Assembly (NCBI GenBank): GCA_018650645.1
Contig: JABIFP010000020.1
Coordinates: 8,385 to 72,384, forward strand
Length of the DNA: 64,000 nt
Source: Candidatus Magasanikiibacteriota bacterium
GTDB lineage: Bacteria > Patescibacteriota > Patescibacteriia > Magasanikbacterales > UBA922
Reading direction: 5' to 3'
How positions within the stretch are numbered: the first letter of the stretch is position 1; every line of letters starts with the position of its first letter. The translations under genes were made by a program, and so were the position numbers. A model generated the notes under the pieces. The model saw nothing but the letters and a program-made list of their open reading frames with translations, was not told the DNA's origin and did no database searches. Positions 1 through 10,167 of the stretch are shown here, in pieces.

Positions 1-919
1 ATTTTTCATTCAAGTTACACGCTCGTTCAAGAAGACGTGAATGCAAGTAGAATACATCTCCAGGATACGCTTCTCGACCCGGTGGTCGTCTTAAAAGCAG
101 CGACATCTCTCGATACGCCCAAGCTTGCTTTGTAAGATCATCGTAAATTACTAAAACATCTTTTCCCTTGTCTGCAAAATATTCTGCAATTGTTACACCA
201 GCATATGGTGCAAGGTAACTCATTGGTGCAGGTTCTGATGCACCAGCAGAAACTACTGTAGTGTATTCCATTGCTCCTGCTTCTTGCAGTTTAGCAACAA
301 TTCTGGCAACCTTTGATTCTTTCTGCCCAATAGCTACGTATACACAGATCATGTCTTGTCCTTTTTGATTCAAAATTGCATCGATTGCAACCGCGGTCTT
401 TCCTGTCTGACGGTCACCAATAATAAGCTCACGCTGCCCACGTCCAATTGGAATAAGTGCATCAATGGCCTTAATACCAGTTTGCATTGGTCGGTTTACC
501 GGTTCACGTGTCATTACACCAGGAGCAACGCGTTCAATTGGATATGTCTCTTTTGTTTTAATTTCTCCTTTTCCATCGATTGATTTACCAAGCGCATTCA
601 CTACGCGTCCAACCATGCCTTCTCCAACAGGGATAGACATAATTTTTCCGGTTCGCTTTACCGTATCTCCTTCTTTAATCTGTCTTGATTCTCCTAAAAT
701 AATAGCACCAACTGTTTCTTCTTCAAGATTCAGGGCAAGTCCCATTGTTCCGTCTTCAAATTCAAGCATTTCTTGCGCCTGACATGCTTCTAGTCCAATC
801 ATGCGCGCAATTCCGTCACCAACTTCAATAACAGTTCCAACTTCTGTGACGTCAGCTCCTTTTTTAAATCCGTCGATATTTTTTTTCAGTGATGCAATCA
901 CTTGATCTGTATAACTCAT
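1..919 (-). CDS. atpA: F0F1 ATP synthase subunit alpha (5' part; runs off window start)
   Basis: Reverse strand reads [39 protein letters not shown]...[10 protein letters not shown]...[23 protein letters not shown]; follows atpH. Confidence 0.97.
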   Translation of the reverse strand, partial: MSYTDQVIASLKKNIDGFKKGADVTEVGTVIEVGDGIARMIGLEACQAQEMLEFEDGTMGLALNLEEETVGAIILGESRQIKEGDTVKRTGKIMSIPVGEGMVGRVVNALGKSIDGKGEIKTKETYPIERVAPGVMTREPVNRPMQTGIKAIDALIPIGRGQRELIIGDRQTGKTAVAIDAILNQKGQDMICVYVAIGQKESKVARIVAKLQEAGAMEYTTVVSAGASEPAPMSYLAPYAGVTIAEYFADKGKDVLVIYDDLTKQAWAYREMSLLLRRPPGREAYPGDVFYLHSRLLERACNLNEK

Positions 920-950
920 ATGCAGTGTGTTGTTTTATGAAGATTTGAAT

Positions 951-1334
951 TTATAGTGTGTGTTTCATTCGACTAAGTTGCGCTTTTACACTCGCGTCCA
1001 GAATTTTATTTCCGGCCTGTGCAACCACTCCCCCGATAATTGCACTGTCCTCAGCAACTGTTGTCTCTACTTTATCACCAAATATTTTTTCAATTTGTGA
1101 CACGAGCTGCTTAGGTGCTTTTCTCGCCGTCGTGATTTTGAGATCCACAATCCCTTGCTGCTTCTTACTATATCTGTCGAATGCTTCTATAATGTATGGC
1201 ATTTTTGAGATAAGCTGTTTCTCTTGAAGCAAATGCATAAACTCTTTCGTTGCCGCATCAAGCTCCTTTCCGCTTTTCCCTTCGGTCACCTCGTAGAGGA
1301 TTTTTCCTAGTTGTTCTGGAATTAATGCTGGCAT
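951..1334 (-). CDS. atpH: ATP synthase subunit delta (short form)
   Basis: C-terminal IIGGVVAQAGNKILDASVKAQL; lies between atpF and atpA. Confidence 0.9.
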   Translation of the reverse strand: MPALIPEQLGKILYEVTEGKSGKELDAATKEFMHLLQEKQLISKMPYIIEAFDRYSKKQQGIVDLKITTARKAPKQLVSQIEKIFGDKVETTVAEDSAIIGGVVAQAGNKILDASVKAQLSRMKHTL

Positions 1335-1336
1335 AA

Positions 1337-1846
1337 TTATGCTTTAAGTGATCCAAGAATTTCTTGAATGTATGTTTCATCTTTTTTTCCATCCATTCTT
1401 TCTCCAAGAACTTTTTCTACTGCTAATACAACCAATTCAACTGTTTCCTTTCGGAGCGTATCTTTCATGTCTTGCTTATCAATATCGATATTCTTTTTTG
1501 CCTGTGCAATAAGTGATTCGATTTCTGTCTTCGCTTTATTTTTCATGTCTTCAGCCACCTGCTTAGAATCGTCATGTGACTGCTCTACTACTTTATTTGC
1601 AGCTACTTTTGCTTCGTCAATGATTCCTTGCGCTTTCTGCTCTGCCATTTGCAATTCAGATTGAGATTTTTTGTAGTTATCCATTCCTTCTTTCATTTTC
1701 TCTTGGCGCTCATTAATCACTTTCATGATTGGCCCAAAGGCATACCTTTTCAGTACCCAATAAATGATAAGGAAGTTAATAAGGTTAAATAACCCCATTC
1801 TCCAGTCAAACCCGATTTTTCCTAATGTTTCTAAAATAAATTCCAT
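1337..1846 (-). CDS. atpF: ATP synthase subunit b
   Basis: N-terminal TM (INFLIIYWVLKRYAFGPI) followed by coiled coil; operon position. Confidence 0.95.
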   Translation of the reverse strand: MEFILETLGKIGFDWRMGLFNLINFLIIYWVLKRYAFGPIMKVINERQEKMKEGMDNYKKSQSELQMAEQKAQGIIDEAKVAANKVVEQSHDDSKQVAEDMKNKAKTEIESLIAQAKKNIDIDKQDMKDTLRKETVELVVLAVEKVLGERMDGKKDETYIQEILGSLKA

Positions 1847-1925
1847 ATATTTTTCTTTTCTTCTGATAAGAGAGGGTCTGTAGAGCGTTGCTCCACAGAG
1901 CTCCCCCTACAAGAGGGCATGCTTA

Positions 1926-2147
1926 CTATACAATGAAGAAAGCAACCAATGCGTAGATCGCAGTAGATTCTGCAAGTGCTACACCAATGAACATCTTTGT
2001 GAAGAGGTTTCCTTCGAGCTTTGGATTTCTTCCAATAGCTTCGATAGTCTTACCAATGAGGTATCCTTCACCAATACCTGAACCACCCATTGTTACGGTA
2101 CAAAGACCTTTCGCAATAAGTCGTGCTGAGTCTACATCTAATTCCAT
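1926..2147 (-). CDS. atpE: ATP synthase subunit c
   Basis: 73 aa hairpin with GxGxGxG-like stretch, GRNP loop and LAESTAIY. Confidence 0.96.
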   Translation of the reverse strand: MELDVDSARLIAKGLCTVTMGGSGIGEGYLIGKTIEAIGRNPKLEGNLFTKMFIGVALAESTAIYALVAFFIV

Positions 2148-2176
2148 ACGCGTATGGTTATCAATAACTAAGTAAA

Positions 2177-2968
2177 TTATTCTTCAACTTCTTCTGGCTT
2201 CGTCACAGCTAGCGAGTAATACGCAGCAGTTAGCGCCCCAAACACCATCGCTTGTAACACGGCAACAAATAAGTTGAAACCGAGCCACACTGATGGAACT
2301 ACGAGCGCGAACGCACCAAGTAATACTCCTGCCATGATTTCTCCGGCATACATATTTCCAAACAAACGAAGTGAGAGTGAAAACACTTTCGCTAATTCGG
2401 CAATGATGTCGAATAAACCAAGAATAAAGTCAATCAGGCCAAGGAAGCCTTTACCGATTCCTTGACGGAAACCAGTAAAGACACCCTTTATCTTAAAGAA
2501 TTTTCCAAGATGCCCAAAGAAGCCCACCGTTTGCATACTTGCATACTGCGTCAGCAAGATAATACCTAAGGCGACACTAAAGGTCATATTGAAATCATTT
2601 GTTGGGGTTCGGAACATAGTCACTCCATCGTAGGTAAACGATGTTACTCCCGGAAAGAGTGCCATGACGTTTGAGAAACCAAAAAAAACAAAAATGGTAC
2701 CAATAAGTGGCAACATTTTCTTTCCTGTTTCTTTTGAGTTTAAAATTTGTGATGTCAATCCGTAAAATCCTTCGATTGCAACTTCTACAGCAGTCTGAAA
2801 CTTGCTTGGGACGAGCTTTGCTTTTTTACGTACAACCACGGCAAGCACTGTCAAAATTATAGTAGCAATAATTCCCAGTAACATTGCGTTGCTGATTGGC
2901 ATACCAAAAATCTCAAAAAGTGTTTCTGGTTTTACTGGAGCTGGATCAGATGAGTATTGAAACCACAT
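2177..2968 (-). CDS. atpB: ATP synthase subunit a
   Basis: RTPTND and SLSLRLFGNMYAGE, LQAMVF motifs. Confidence 0.96.
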   Translation of the reverse strand: MWFQYSSDPAPVKPETLFEIFGMPISNAMLLGIIATIILTVLAVVVRKKAKLVPSKFQTAVEVAIEGFYGLTSQILNSKETGKKMLPLIGTIFVFFGFSNVMALFPGVTSFTYDGVTMFRTPTNDFNMTFSVALGIILLTQYASMQTVGFFGHLGKFFKIKGVFTGFRQGIGKGFLGLIDFILGLFDIIAELAKVFSLSLRLFGNMYAGEIMAGVLLGAFALVVPSVWLGFNLFVAVLQAMVFGALTAAYYSLAVTKPEEVEE

Positions 2969-2971
2969 ATA

Positions 2972-3259
2972 CTATTTTTTTTCGTTTAAGAGTTCGTCTT
3001 CCCTTGCGTCTAGCGCACGGAAGTCCTTTGCTAGCTTTCTATACATTTGGATAATGATAACCCAAGACGTAATAAATCCAAGTCCTCCCATGGCAATTGA
3101 CCCAAACGGCCGCATGTCATATGTCTGATCCAAATATGCTCCAGCAAAATAGGCCACAAATGCAGGAACACCAAATACGACGACCACTTGGAGCATCATA
3201 ATGAATGTTTTGTGCATGAGCGCTTCTTTTTTTGCTCTGACCTTATCTAGCTCTGACAT
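2972..3259 (-). CDS. AtpZ/AtpI family protein
   Basis: Two TM helices, GAYLD motif, first gene of atp operon. Confidence 0.8.
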   Translation of the reverse strand: MSELDKVRAKKEALMHKTFIMMLQVVVVFGVPAFVAYFAGAYLDQTYDMRPFGSIAMGGLGFITSWVIIIQMYRKLAKDFRALDAREDELLNEKK

Positions 3260-3283
3260 AAATAGGAAAATGAAAACGCGATT

Positions 3284-3312
3284 ATTATAGAGGATTTTGG
3301 CTGTGGAGTCAA
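3284..3312 (-). promoter_or_regulatory. sigma70-type promoter of atp operon
   Basis: TTGACT-N17-TATAAT on minus strand, ~25 nt upstream of first ATG. Confidence 0.8.
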
Positions 3313-3486
3313 CAGGTGTTTTGCTTTTGCCATGTTAATAACTTTTGCTAAGCTTAGCCAAATATTGAATTTGATGCAGATTGGCAGGCCGCTGTCAAGT
3401 GTCATATCTATTGACATATCTGATTGATGTTGTTCTCACGTTTTTTTGTACAAAAAAATCGCCCTAAAGCGATTTTTCTGCTGCAT

Positions 3487-3870
3487 TTAGGCAACAAACC
3501 CAAAGTACGCAAATACGAGTCCAAGAATCCAGCACATTGGTGTGACCATTTTTTTGATATTTTCTGCCTTGAGAAACCCTTTGAACATCCCCATTGAATT
3601 TGGAAATGCGAGCAAAAAGACACCTTTAACGAGTGCGAGCCACCCAAGAAGTGTTACAAGCACCGTCCAGTCCCGTTCCCACATGTTGTGGTTAGTGACT
3701 AAGAGCATACCCAAGATCAGTGACATCATGCCTCCAAGGAGCTTAAAGGCTGAATTCTCGATCATCTTACCAAGTTCCTGCTTATAGTACCCAGGACTTA
3801 GCGACATACCTACGGCCATTGATAGGTACGCTACTGCAGCAATTCTTGCTACAAGAAGTGAAGTATCCAT
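3487..3870 (-). CDS. Small integral membrane protein (4 TM, DUF2065-like)
   Basis: Hydrophobic ORF with HNMW...TLLGWLALVKG motif. Confidence 0.7.
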   Translation of the reverse strand: MDTSLLVARIAAVAYLSMAVGMSLSPGYYKQELGKMIENSAFKLLGGMMSLILGMLLVTNHNMWERDWTVLVTLLGWLALVKGVFLLAFPNSMGMFKGFLKAENIKKMVTPMCWILGLVFAYFGFVA

Positions 3871-3924
3871 ACGACATTGCGTTATGGTGAATGATGGGTA
3901 TAGTATAGCACTTTTTTGCGCAAA

Positions 3925-5376
3925 TTACGCTAGCTTTTCCCACTCTTCTGCCCCCGCCACAAACTCACTCTTAATTTGCTCAAAGTATGCACTTGCACTT
4001 TCATAATCATTTTGCACTTTTCCATCTAAAATTGCTTCTTCAATAGCTTTTTTAATTTTTCCAATTGTTGGACCTGGCTTTAACCCACACTCTTCAATAA
4101 TTTCTTCTCCGCGTACAGGCGATTGGAATGCTCGGAGTTCATCTTTTTCTCTAATTTCTGCAATACGTTTTTCTAACTCATCATAATTTTTGAGTCGTTT
4201 TACTTTTTTCTTTTGATTCCCCGTTGTAATATCTGCGCGGCACAGTGTCAGTAAGTCATCCAAAGAATCACCTTGGTTTACAAACAGACGGCGAACAGCA
4301 CTATCTGTTACGCCATTATCCATTAATGCGATTGGCTGCAAATGCCATCGCACCAATTCACTTACAAAATGCGTATCATTTTTACTAAACCGAAGTTTAC
4401 GCATAATGTCTTTACACATTTTACGCCCTAAATGTTCATGCATATCAAACGTCCAACCTCTTCCCTCTGCAAACTTTTTTGTTGGTGGTTTTGCAATATC
4501 ATGCATAAGCCCCGCAAAACAAAGAAGTGCGTTTCCTCCCTGCTGTGCTATACCATCTACTACCGCAAAGGTGTGTGACAGATTATCTTTATGAGTGTAT
4601 CCAGCAACTTCTTCTACACCTGCTAGCTCTGTCACTTCTGGCAAACACTGATCCATGAGTTTTGCACCATGCATAAGCCATAGCCCAATTGACGGTACTT
4701 TTGCACCCATAAGCTTCATAAGTTCCTCCTGCACACGTTCTGCAGACACAATAGAAAGCCGTTCACGATTTTTATGCATTGAAAGCAGTACTGATTCTTC
4801 AATTGAAAAATCGAGCTGCGCTGCAAAGCGAGCCGCGCGAAGCATGCGCAGTGGATCGTCAAAAAATGTCTCATCCGGATCAAGCGGTGTAATAAGTTTT
4901 TTGTTTATAATTGCTTCCTTACCATTATACGGATCAACCACGTCACCTAGTGACCCATCTGGATGTACTTTCTGCGCCATTGCATTACACGTAAAATCTC
5001 TTCGTGAAAGATCTTGCTCGATTGTCGCAGGTTCTACTACAGGCTTCCGTGATTCACTTCTATACGATTCACTTCGGGCGCCTGCAAATTCCACTTCAAA
5101 AAGTACCTTTGTTTTTTCTCCTTCTGCCTCTTCTATATATACGTATCTTGCTGTATCGAAGTCTTCAAACTCGATGAGTCTTCCCTGCTCTTCTCCTTCA
5201 TACGCCAAATATGCCCTTGCAAATTCAAGTCCACTGCCGGCTACCACTACATCAATATCTTTCTTTTGATTTCTGCCCATAATGGCATCTCGAACAAATC
5301 CACCAACAACATACGCCTCAGTTTGCTGAGCGCTACTAATTTTTCCGATTGTGCTTAAAATATGTGCGTCATTCAT
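3925..5376 (-). CDS. cca: CCA-adding tRNA nucleotidyltransferase with HD domain
   Basis: YVVGGFVRD, DID, RRDFTCNA, DDPLRMLRAARF, HDIAKP; start placed at MNDAHIL. Confidence 0.92.
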   Translation of the reverse strand: MNDAHILSTIGKISSAQQTEAYVVGGFVRDAIMGRNQKKDIDVVVAGSGLEFARAYLAYEGEEQGRLIEFEDFDTARYVYIEEAEGEKTKVLFEVEFAGARSESYRSESRKPVVEPATIEQDLSRRDFTCNAMAQKVHPDGSLGDVVDPYNGKEAIINKKLITPLDPDETFFDDPLRMLRAARFAAQLDFSIEESVLLSMHKNRERLSIVSAERVQEELMKLMGAKVPSIGLWLMHGAKLMDQCLPEVTELAGVEEVAGYTHKDNLSHTFAVVDGIAQQGGNALLCFAGLMHDIAKPPTKKFAEGRGWTFDMHEHLGRKMCKDIMRKLRFSKNDTHFVSELVRWHLQPIALMDNGVTDSAVRRLFVNQGDSLDDLLTLCRADITTGNQKKKVKRLKNYDELEKRIAEIREKDELRAFQSPVRGEEIIEECGLKPGPTIGKIKKAIEEAILDGKVQNDYESASAYFEQIKSEFVAGAEEWEKLA

Positions 5377-5393
5377 AGTGCTGCGACTGTACA

Positions 5394-6182
5394 CTAAAAT
5401 AGCCAAAGAATCAAGATACCAATTAATACTCTATATACGGCAAATGGCATAAAGCCTCGTTTTTCTACAAGCTTCATCAGAAATGAAATAGCTGCATATC
5501 CACTCAAAGCAGCTGCAATTGCGCCAGCAAGGAGCATTCCGAGGTGCTCAATAGCTACACCAGAGGTAGCGGCTTCCAAAATTTTCATAACTCCTGCTGC
5601 AGCAATCACCGGCACACTCATTAAAAAAGAAAACTCTGCGGCCTGCTTTCTAGACACTCCTGCAAATAATCCTGCTGTCATGGTAATTCCTGATCTACTT
5701 GTTCCTGGAATAAGCGCGAGTGCTTGTGCACAGGCAATGAAAAATCCTTTTTTTGCGGTAACTTCTTTTCCTTGTCTGCCTTGCTGCAATTTGTCTGCAA
5801 GCGCCAGCATTATTCCCCAAAAAATAAGTGAATATGCCACTATCGAGGGGTCTCTTAGTGTGGACTCAATTGAATCGCCAAATAATACCCCAATAATCCC
5901 CGCTGGAATTATTGAAAGCGCAATAATCCATGCCATTTTTGTTTGCAGATTATTTTGCTGCGTTGGTTTAAATACTGCTTTAATATATTGCAAAAGTGTT
6001 GTACGAAAAAACCACACAACGGCAACAAGTGTTCCCATGTGAACAACAACATCAAACAAAAGCCCTTGATCTGCCCAACCAAATAGTTTTGGTAAAAAAA
6101 TTAAATGTCCTGATGAAGAAACTGGGAGAAACTCTGTAATTCCCTGAACAATTCCTAAAATAATTCCTTGTAATAGTTCCAT
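5394..6182 (-). CDS. uppP: Undecaprenyl-diphosphate phosphatase
   Basis: QGITEFLPVSSSGHL and PGTSRSG motifs. Confidence 0.96.
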   Translation of the reverse strand: MELLQGIILGIVQGITEFLPVSSSGHLIFLPKLFGWADQGLLFDVVVHMGTLVAVVWFFRTTLLQYIKAVFKPTQQNNLQTKMAWIIALSIIPAGIIGVLFGDSIESTLRDPSIVAYSLIFWGIMLALADKLQQGRQGKEVTAKKGFFIACAQALALIPGTSRSGITMTAGLFAGVSRKQAAEFSFLMSVPVIAAAGVMKILEAATSGVAIEHLGMLLAGAIAAALSGYAAISFLMKLVEKRGFMPFAVYRVLIGILILWLF

Positions 6183-6253
6183 AGAATCCTATTGTATCAT
6201 ATTGGCTCTTGACGACCTATAGCCACTATTATAGTGTATACACATAGTCCTGA

Positions 6254-6565
6254 ATGAATCTTTGGAGTGACCACGTGGATAGATTTTTCGTTCCGCTTTG
6301 TTTTGGTGCGATCACCGCTGTTATTGCTTTTACGATGTGGATTGGTGATACCAGTACACCCGTTCCCAAAAAAATGGTGAGCGAGGCGCTAGCAAACGCT
6401 ACTTGCAAAATCGACAATGCGGTACCCGCAGGTACCTGCAAGATTGACTGCGAGCTAGATGAGGCGCTGGCCCAACAGCATCAAAAGAAGCGCATTACGG
6501 TGACTGGAAGAACGTGCTTCAAGCTGAAAAGTCGGCTACATGCCGCATCAGCAGACGCTCAGTAG
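6254..6565 (+). CDS. Hypothetical membrane-anchored protein with several Cys
   Basis: 103 aa ORF, N-terminal TM, followed by hairpin terminator. Confidence 0.6.
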   Translation: MNLWSDHVDRFFVPLCFGAITAVIAFTMWIGDTSTPVPKKMVSEALANATCKIDNAVPAGTCKIDCELDEALAQQHQKKRITVTGRTCFKLKSRLHAASADAQ

Positions 6566-6583
6566 CCGAGACAATCCATCGCC

Positions 6584-6614
6584 GCGGCGCTCTCACATAG
6601 AGCGCCGCATTTTC
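6584..6614 (+). terminator. Intrinsic terminator
   Basis: GCGGCGCTCT-cacat-AGAGCGCCGC then ATTTTC. Confidence 0.65.
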
Positions 6615-6658
6615 AATATTACGCATTATGCGTTTTTTTTATCCACTGCTATTAATAG

Positions 6659-6687
6659 TTGACAAAAACACTAATCTGCGCTAGTAT
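6659..6687 (+). promoter_or_regulatory. sigma70-type promoter
   Basis: TTGACA-N17-TAGTAT upstream of response regulator. Confidence 0.7.
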
Positions 6688-6730
6688 TAGTTAATTCACC
6701 CAGACAGAAAATACAAACCAAGGAGGTTTC

Positions 6731-7174
6731 ATGGACGGGGAATTGCGGGTTTTGATCGTAGATGACGATGCGCCAGTGCTCACGTCACTTGAGCGAGGAT
6801 TTCGGTCCTTCGTGCGTAAAGCTGATGGTGAGCTTGTCATCACAGCTGTCCGCGCCAGAGATGGCAAGGAGGCTCTCGAGCAGCTCACCTCATCGCGCTT
6901 CGACATCATGATCACCGATGTCGACATGCCCACCATGAATGGAATTGAGCTGCTGAAGCGAGTCTTTAACGGCGAGCGAGATCACATACCGCCGATCATC
7001 CACGCATGGACCGGTGGCAATCACAACCGGCTGCAGGAACTGGAGAATCCTGCAAACAACTGTGGCGCCGCCTACACCCATGGCGTGAAGGAAGAACTGG
7101 TTCAGCGGGTACGAGAGCTGGCCAACAAGGCCATCGCTTTCAAAGAAAGCAAGGAGAAGCAAGAGGCCGCCTAG
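6731..7174 (+). CDS. Stand-alone response regulator receiver protein
   Basis: VLIVDDD, DGKEAL, ITDVDMPTMNGIELL; SD AAGGAGG. Confidence 0.88.
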   Translation: MDGELRVLIVDDDAPVLTSLERGFRSFVRKADGELVITAVRARDGKEALEQLTSSRFDIMITDVDMPTMNGIELLKRVFNGERDHIPPIIHAWTGGNHNRLQELENPANNCGAAYTHGVKEELVQRVRELANKAIAFKESKEKQEAA

Positions 7175-7206
7175 ACCACCCTGGTCTAGGCGGCCGCAAA
7201 CACAAA

Positions 7207-7236
7207 GACGGCCTTCGGGCCGTCCTTTCTTATTTT
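7207..7236 (+). terminator. Intrinsic terminator
   Basis: GACGGCC-TTCG-GGCCGTC then T-rich tract. Confidence 0.75.
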
Positions 7237-8398
7237 AGAACTGCTGCGCAATGCTCACACCCATTCCACCTAGTAAAAGAAGGAGTAATACTATACTAAG
7301 CACCTTTACACTCACTGCGCGCGAGGGCTTCATATATACATCTCCTATATGCAGTGCTTTGATAAATATAAGCACCACCAAAATCATTTGAATACTAACA
7401 AGGATTCCCCCAACAGCACCAAGCACACCAATAAAACTCGTTATACCCAGTGTAAACAGTAGCAGTGGCAATCCTAATACAACCACACCACTTACTCTTT
7501 TTGAAAAAGACAAATCCCACTCACATGAATGCTTAAGCGCAAGCCCCACAAGCAAAAAACTCGTTGCCATAGCAATAACAGCAAACGCATTCCCTAAATA
7601 CACCATTTGCGGACCAACCACACTGCCAAGGCCAATGGTTGCAATCTGCGTTGTCTGCCCCCCAGTGACAGAAACAATCATAAACGCAAACAGCGCATAA
7701 AGCACCGTGGTAATTGAACCCGCCAAAATGACAGCCTTTGTAAATTGCTTTTTTTTCTTTGGTAAAAGTGCATGCGCTTCTGGCACTGCCGAGACAGCGC
7801 TAAACGCAAATAAACTCACTCCATACGGAATGGCAAACTTTGCTAAATCATAAAACATCAGATTTTCTACAGAAATATGTGGCGCGCTCACGGCAGACAT
7901 AAAAAATATAATCAAGAGCATGCCAAGACTGAGTACAAGCTCGACTGTCTTCATTGTTTTAATGCCACGCATGACAAGGAGCGAAGCAAAGATCCAGAAC
8001 CCGACTGAAAACACAAATGCACTTCCGCCAAACATCGCCGCCAGTGTTTCACCCACACCAATAATATAAATGAGCATGCCGGAAAGCATCGAGACGTAAA
8101 AGGCAAACATCATGATCACCTCTCCTGTTCTGCCAAGATATGTTCTTGCAAGGCCTACAAGCTGTAATGATTTTCCTGTATGTGCGCAGACTGTTGCTAG
8201 TAGCACATGCATAATCATCATCGCAATTCCAAGCGCAACAATGAGTAACACTCCAGGCAGTACTCCAACTTGCGCAACCGCATATGGAATTCCAAGTACC
8301 CCCGCGCCAATAGTTGCGCTCACAATCAGTGCAACAGCCTGCCACATGGTCAGCTGTTTTCTAAAAAATCCTAAATATTGTTTGACAGGCGTATGCAT
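7235..8398 (-). CDS. Aromatic amino acid permease family transporter
   Basis: ATIGAGVLGIPY, TSFLLVG, ~11 TM. Confidence 0.85.
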   Translation of the reverse strand: MHTPVKQYLGFFRKQLTMWQAVALIVSATIGAGVLGIPYAVAQVGVLPGVLLIVALGIAMMIMHVLLATVCAHTGKSLQLVGLARTYLGRTGEVIMMFAFYVSMLSGMLIYIIGVGETLAAMFGGSAFVFSVGFWIFASLLVMRGIKTMKTVELVLSLGMLLIIFFMSAVSAPHISVENLMFYDLAKFAIPYGVSLFAFSAVSAVPEAHALLPKKKKQFTKAVILAGSITTVLYALFAFMIVSVTGGQTTQIATIGLGSVVGPQMVYLGNAFAVIAMATSFLLVGLALKHSCEWDLSFSKRVSGVVVLGLPLLLFTLGITSFIGVLGAVGGILVSIQMILVVLIFIKALHIGDVYMKPSRAVSVKVLSIVLLLLLLGGMGVSIAQQF

Positions 8399-8451
8399 AA
8401 TGCAGAAAGTATACCACAAAAAAAGCAGCGTGAGTGCGCTGCCTTTTTATG

Positions 8452-9039
8452 CTATTGTTTTGAAATGTGAATTTGCAGTAATGTTTGATCTAGTTCTTTT
8501 ATCACATCTGCATTTTCTGCTTGTACAAGATCCTCTCCATCCGTAATCAATCCTGCATCCATATTGCGTCCATTTGCAGTTCTATCCTTATCGTCTGGAA
8601 GCGCAAGATTATTGATCATAATATATGTATCATCTTCCCCAAGGAGTTTTGTGACACCACTCATACCGTACAGAGTGTGATCTGTGTCTTCTTCTGGAAG
8701 TGTGATGATAAATTCTTCAGTATCTCCACTCTTTAGTTTACCCTTTACTACAATTACCTGCGCAACTCCTGGAAGTGCTTCTAAATACGCCTTATACTCT
8801 TCTACATTTCCATCCTCTGCGAGTGATCCGAATTCAGTAGGTGCAATTTTATTCTTATAATTCAAGTTCGCCTCTGCTTTATGAAGCATGTATACTGAAT
8901 CAGATAGTGCTGCATCGGCAGAAACGTTTGATACCGTAACTCTAAACTGATGCTCCCCTAGCGCTTCTGGTGTAGATCCACATCCAGTTAGAGCAAGTAA
9001 AGCCGTTCCAATAAGAAGTCCTTTTGTATATGTATTCAT
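8452..9039 (-). CDS. Lipoprotein, spondin-domain-like
   Basis: Lipobox LALTGC after MNTYTKG; LAEDGN motif. Confidence 0.6.
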   Translation of the reverse strand: MNTYTKGLLIGTALLALTGCGSTPEALGEHQFRVTVSNVSADAALSDSVYMLHKAEANLNYKNKIAPTEFGSLAEDGNVEEYKAYLEALPGVAQVIVVKGKLKSGDTEEFIITLPEEDTDHTLYGMSGVTKLLGEDDTYIMINNLALPDDKDRTANGRNMDAGLITDGEDLVQAENADVIKELDQTLLQIHISKQ

Positions 9040-9098
9040 ACTAATATAATCGATTATGTCCATATCATAGCGCAGAGCGCTCCTGTGCGCAAGTGTTC

Positions 9099-9127
9099 TT
9101 GACAGCATGGCTAAAGCTCGATATACT
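9099..9127 (+). promoter_or_regulatory. sigma70-type promoter of tRNA-Val
   Basis: TTGACA-N17-TATACT. Confidence 0.8.
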
Positions 9128-9149
9128 GTTGGGGCATTCAAATTGAAAT

Positions 9150-9223
9150 GCGCGCCTAGCTCAGTTGGTTAGAGCATCTCGTTTACACCGAGAGGGTCAG
9201 GGGTTCGAATCCCTTGGCGCGCA
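9150..9223 (+). tRNA. tRNA-Val(TAC), CCA not encoded
   Basis: GCGCGCC/GGCGCGC acceptor stem, TCTCG-TTTACAC-CGAGA anticodon arm, GGTTCGAATCC T arm. Confidence 0.97.
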
Positions 9224-9364
9224 CGAATGAGACCATCGCTACCGCTCATTTATGACGCAAAACACAGCCACTCACGGCTGTGTTTTGGTTTGTACGGCCA
9301 CCTCCAGGTCCCAGCATAATAAAAACAGAGCCTCGCAGCTCTGTTTTTATTTCTTTACGTAATA

Positions 9365-10108
9365 CTACACTCTCTTTCTCTTCACAAACGCCACTGTTCC
9401 ACCAGCTACGAGTAGTCCAGCAATAAACACTACAATTAGTGTTAAAAGTGACTGACGTTCTTCAGATTCGCGCTTTGCAGATTCAACCTGTTCATCAAAT
9501 GATGTCGTTTTAACCATAGCCTCATCTTGATCTTCTGAATCATCTACCACATTCACTGCAGCTGGTTCTTCCACAGCGTCTTCATTAATCAGTACAGGTT
9601 CTGCAACTACATCCTCGTCCACCGCAACAGCTTCATCGCCGTCTACAGCAGGCTCATCAGCTGGTTCTACCACTGGTTCGTTTGCCTGTGCAGCTTCTTC
9701 TACGGCCTCTTGGTTGTTGTTAATAGCATTTCTAATTGCCTCTAACTGCTCAGGAGTAAGGGCAAGTGCATTATTATCTTCTTCAGCAGCTGCTTCTTCC
9801 TCTGCCGCAGCAGGCTCTTCTAGTAGTTCAACTTCAGCATCATCTCTATCTTCTCCATCAACCAAAATGTCGCTTAAATCCATATCCTGAATACGACTCA
9901 AGTCATCCGCACTAATTACAGGAGACTTCAATAAATCTGCAGAAAGATCTACTGAGAAAGCAAATGGATTTGCAGCAGGAGCGGGTTCCTCGTCTTCAAT
10001 AGGAAGGAAGTCTCCCATTTCTCCACTAAAGCTTTCAGCTAATGTCACTTGCGGCATGAGAAGTGCTAGCGCAAGTAGTAGCATCATTGATACAGAAATG
10101 TTCTTCAT
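9365..10108 (-). CDS. Acidic low-complexity surface protein with signal peptide and C-terminal membrane anchor
   Basis: Signal peptide, D/E/A/P-rich body, C-terminal TM followed by KRKRV. Confidence 0.75.
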   Translation of the reverse strand: MKNISVSMMLLLALALLMPQVTLAESFSGEMGDFLPIEDEEPAPAANPFAFSVDLSADLLKSPVISADDLSRIQDMDLSDILVDGEDRDDAEVELLEEPAAAEEEAAAEEDNNALALTPEQLEAIRNAINNNQEAVEEAAQANEPVVEPADEPAVDGDEAVAVDEDVVAEPVLINEDAVEEPAAVNVVDDSEDQDEAMVKTTSFDEQVESAKRESEERQSLLTLIVVFIAGLLVAGGTVAFVKRKRV

Positions 10109-10167
10109 ATGTACTTTCTAAGAATATATGTTCAGTGTAGTATGTATTGGTGCAAAAAGCAACGTCT

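Noticed and set aside
3300-3480. Intergenic palindromes and TTGACA copies upstream of the atp promoter
   Set aside because: Short and without matched -10 elements or a clear transcript; only a terminator-like AAAAATCGC/GCGATTTTT is credible.
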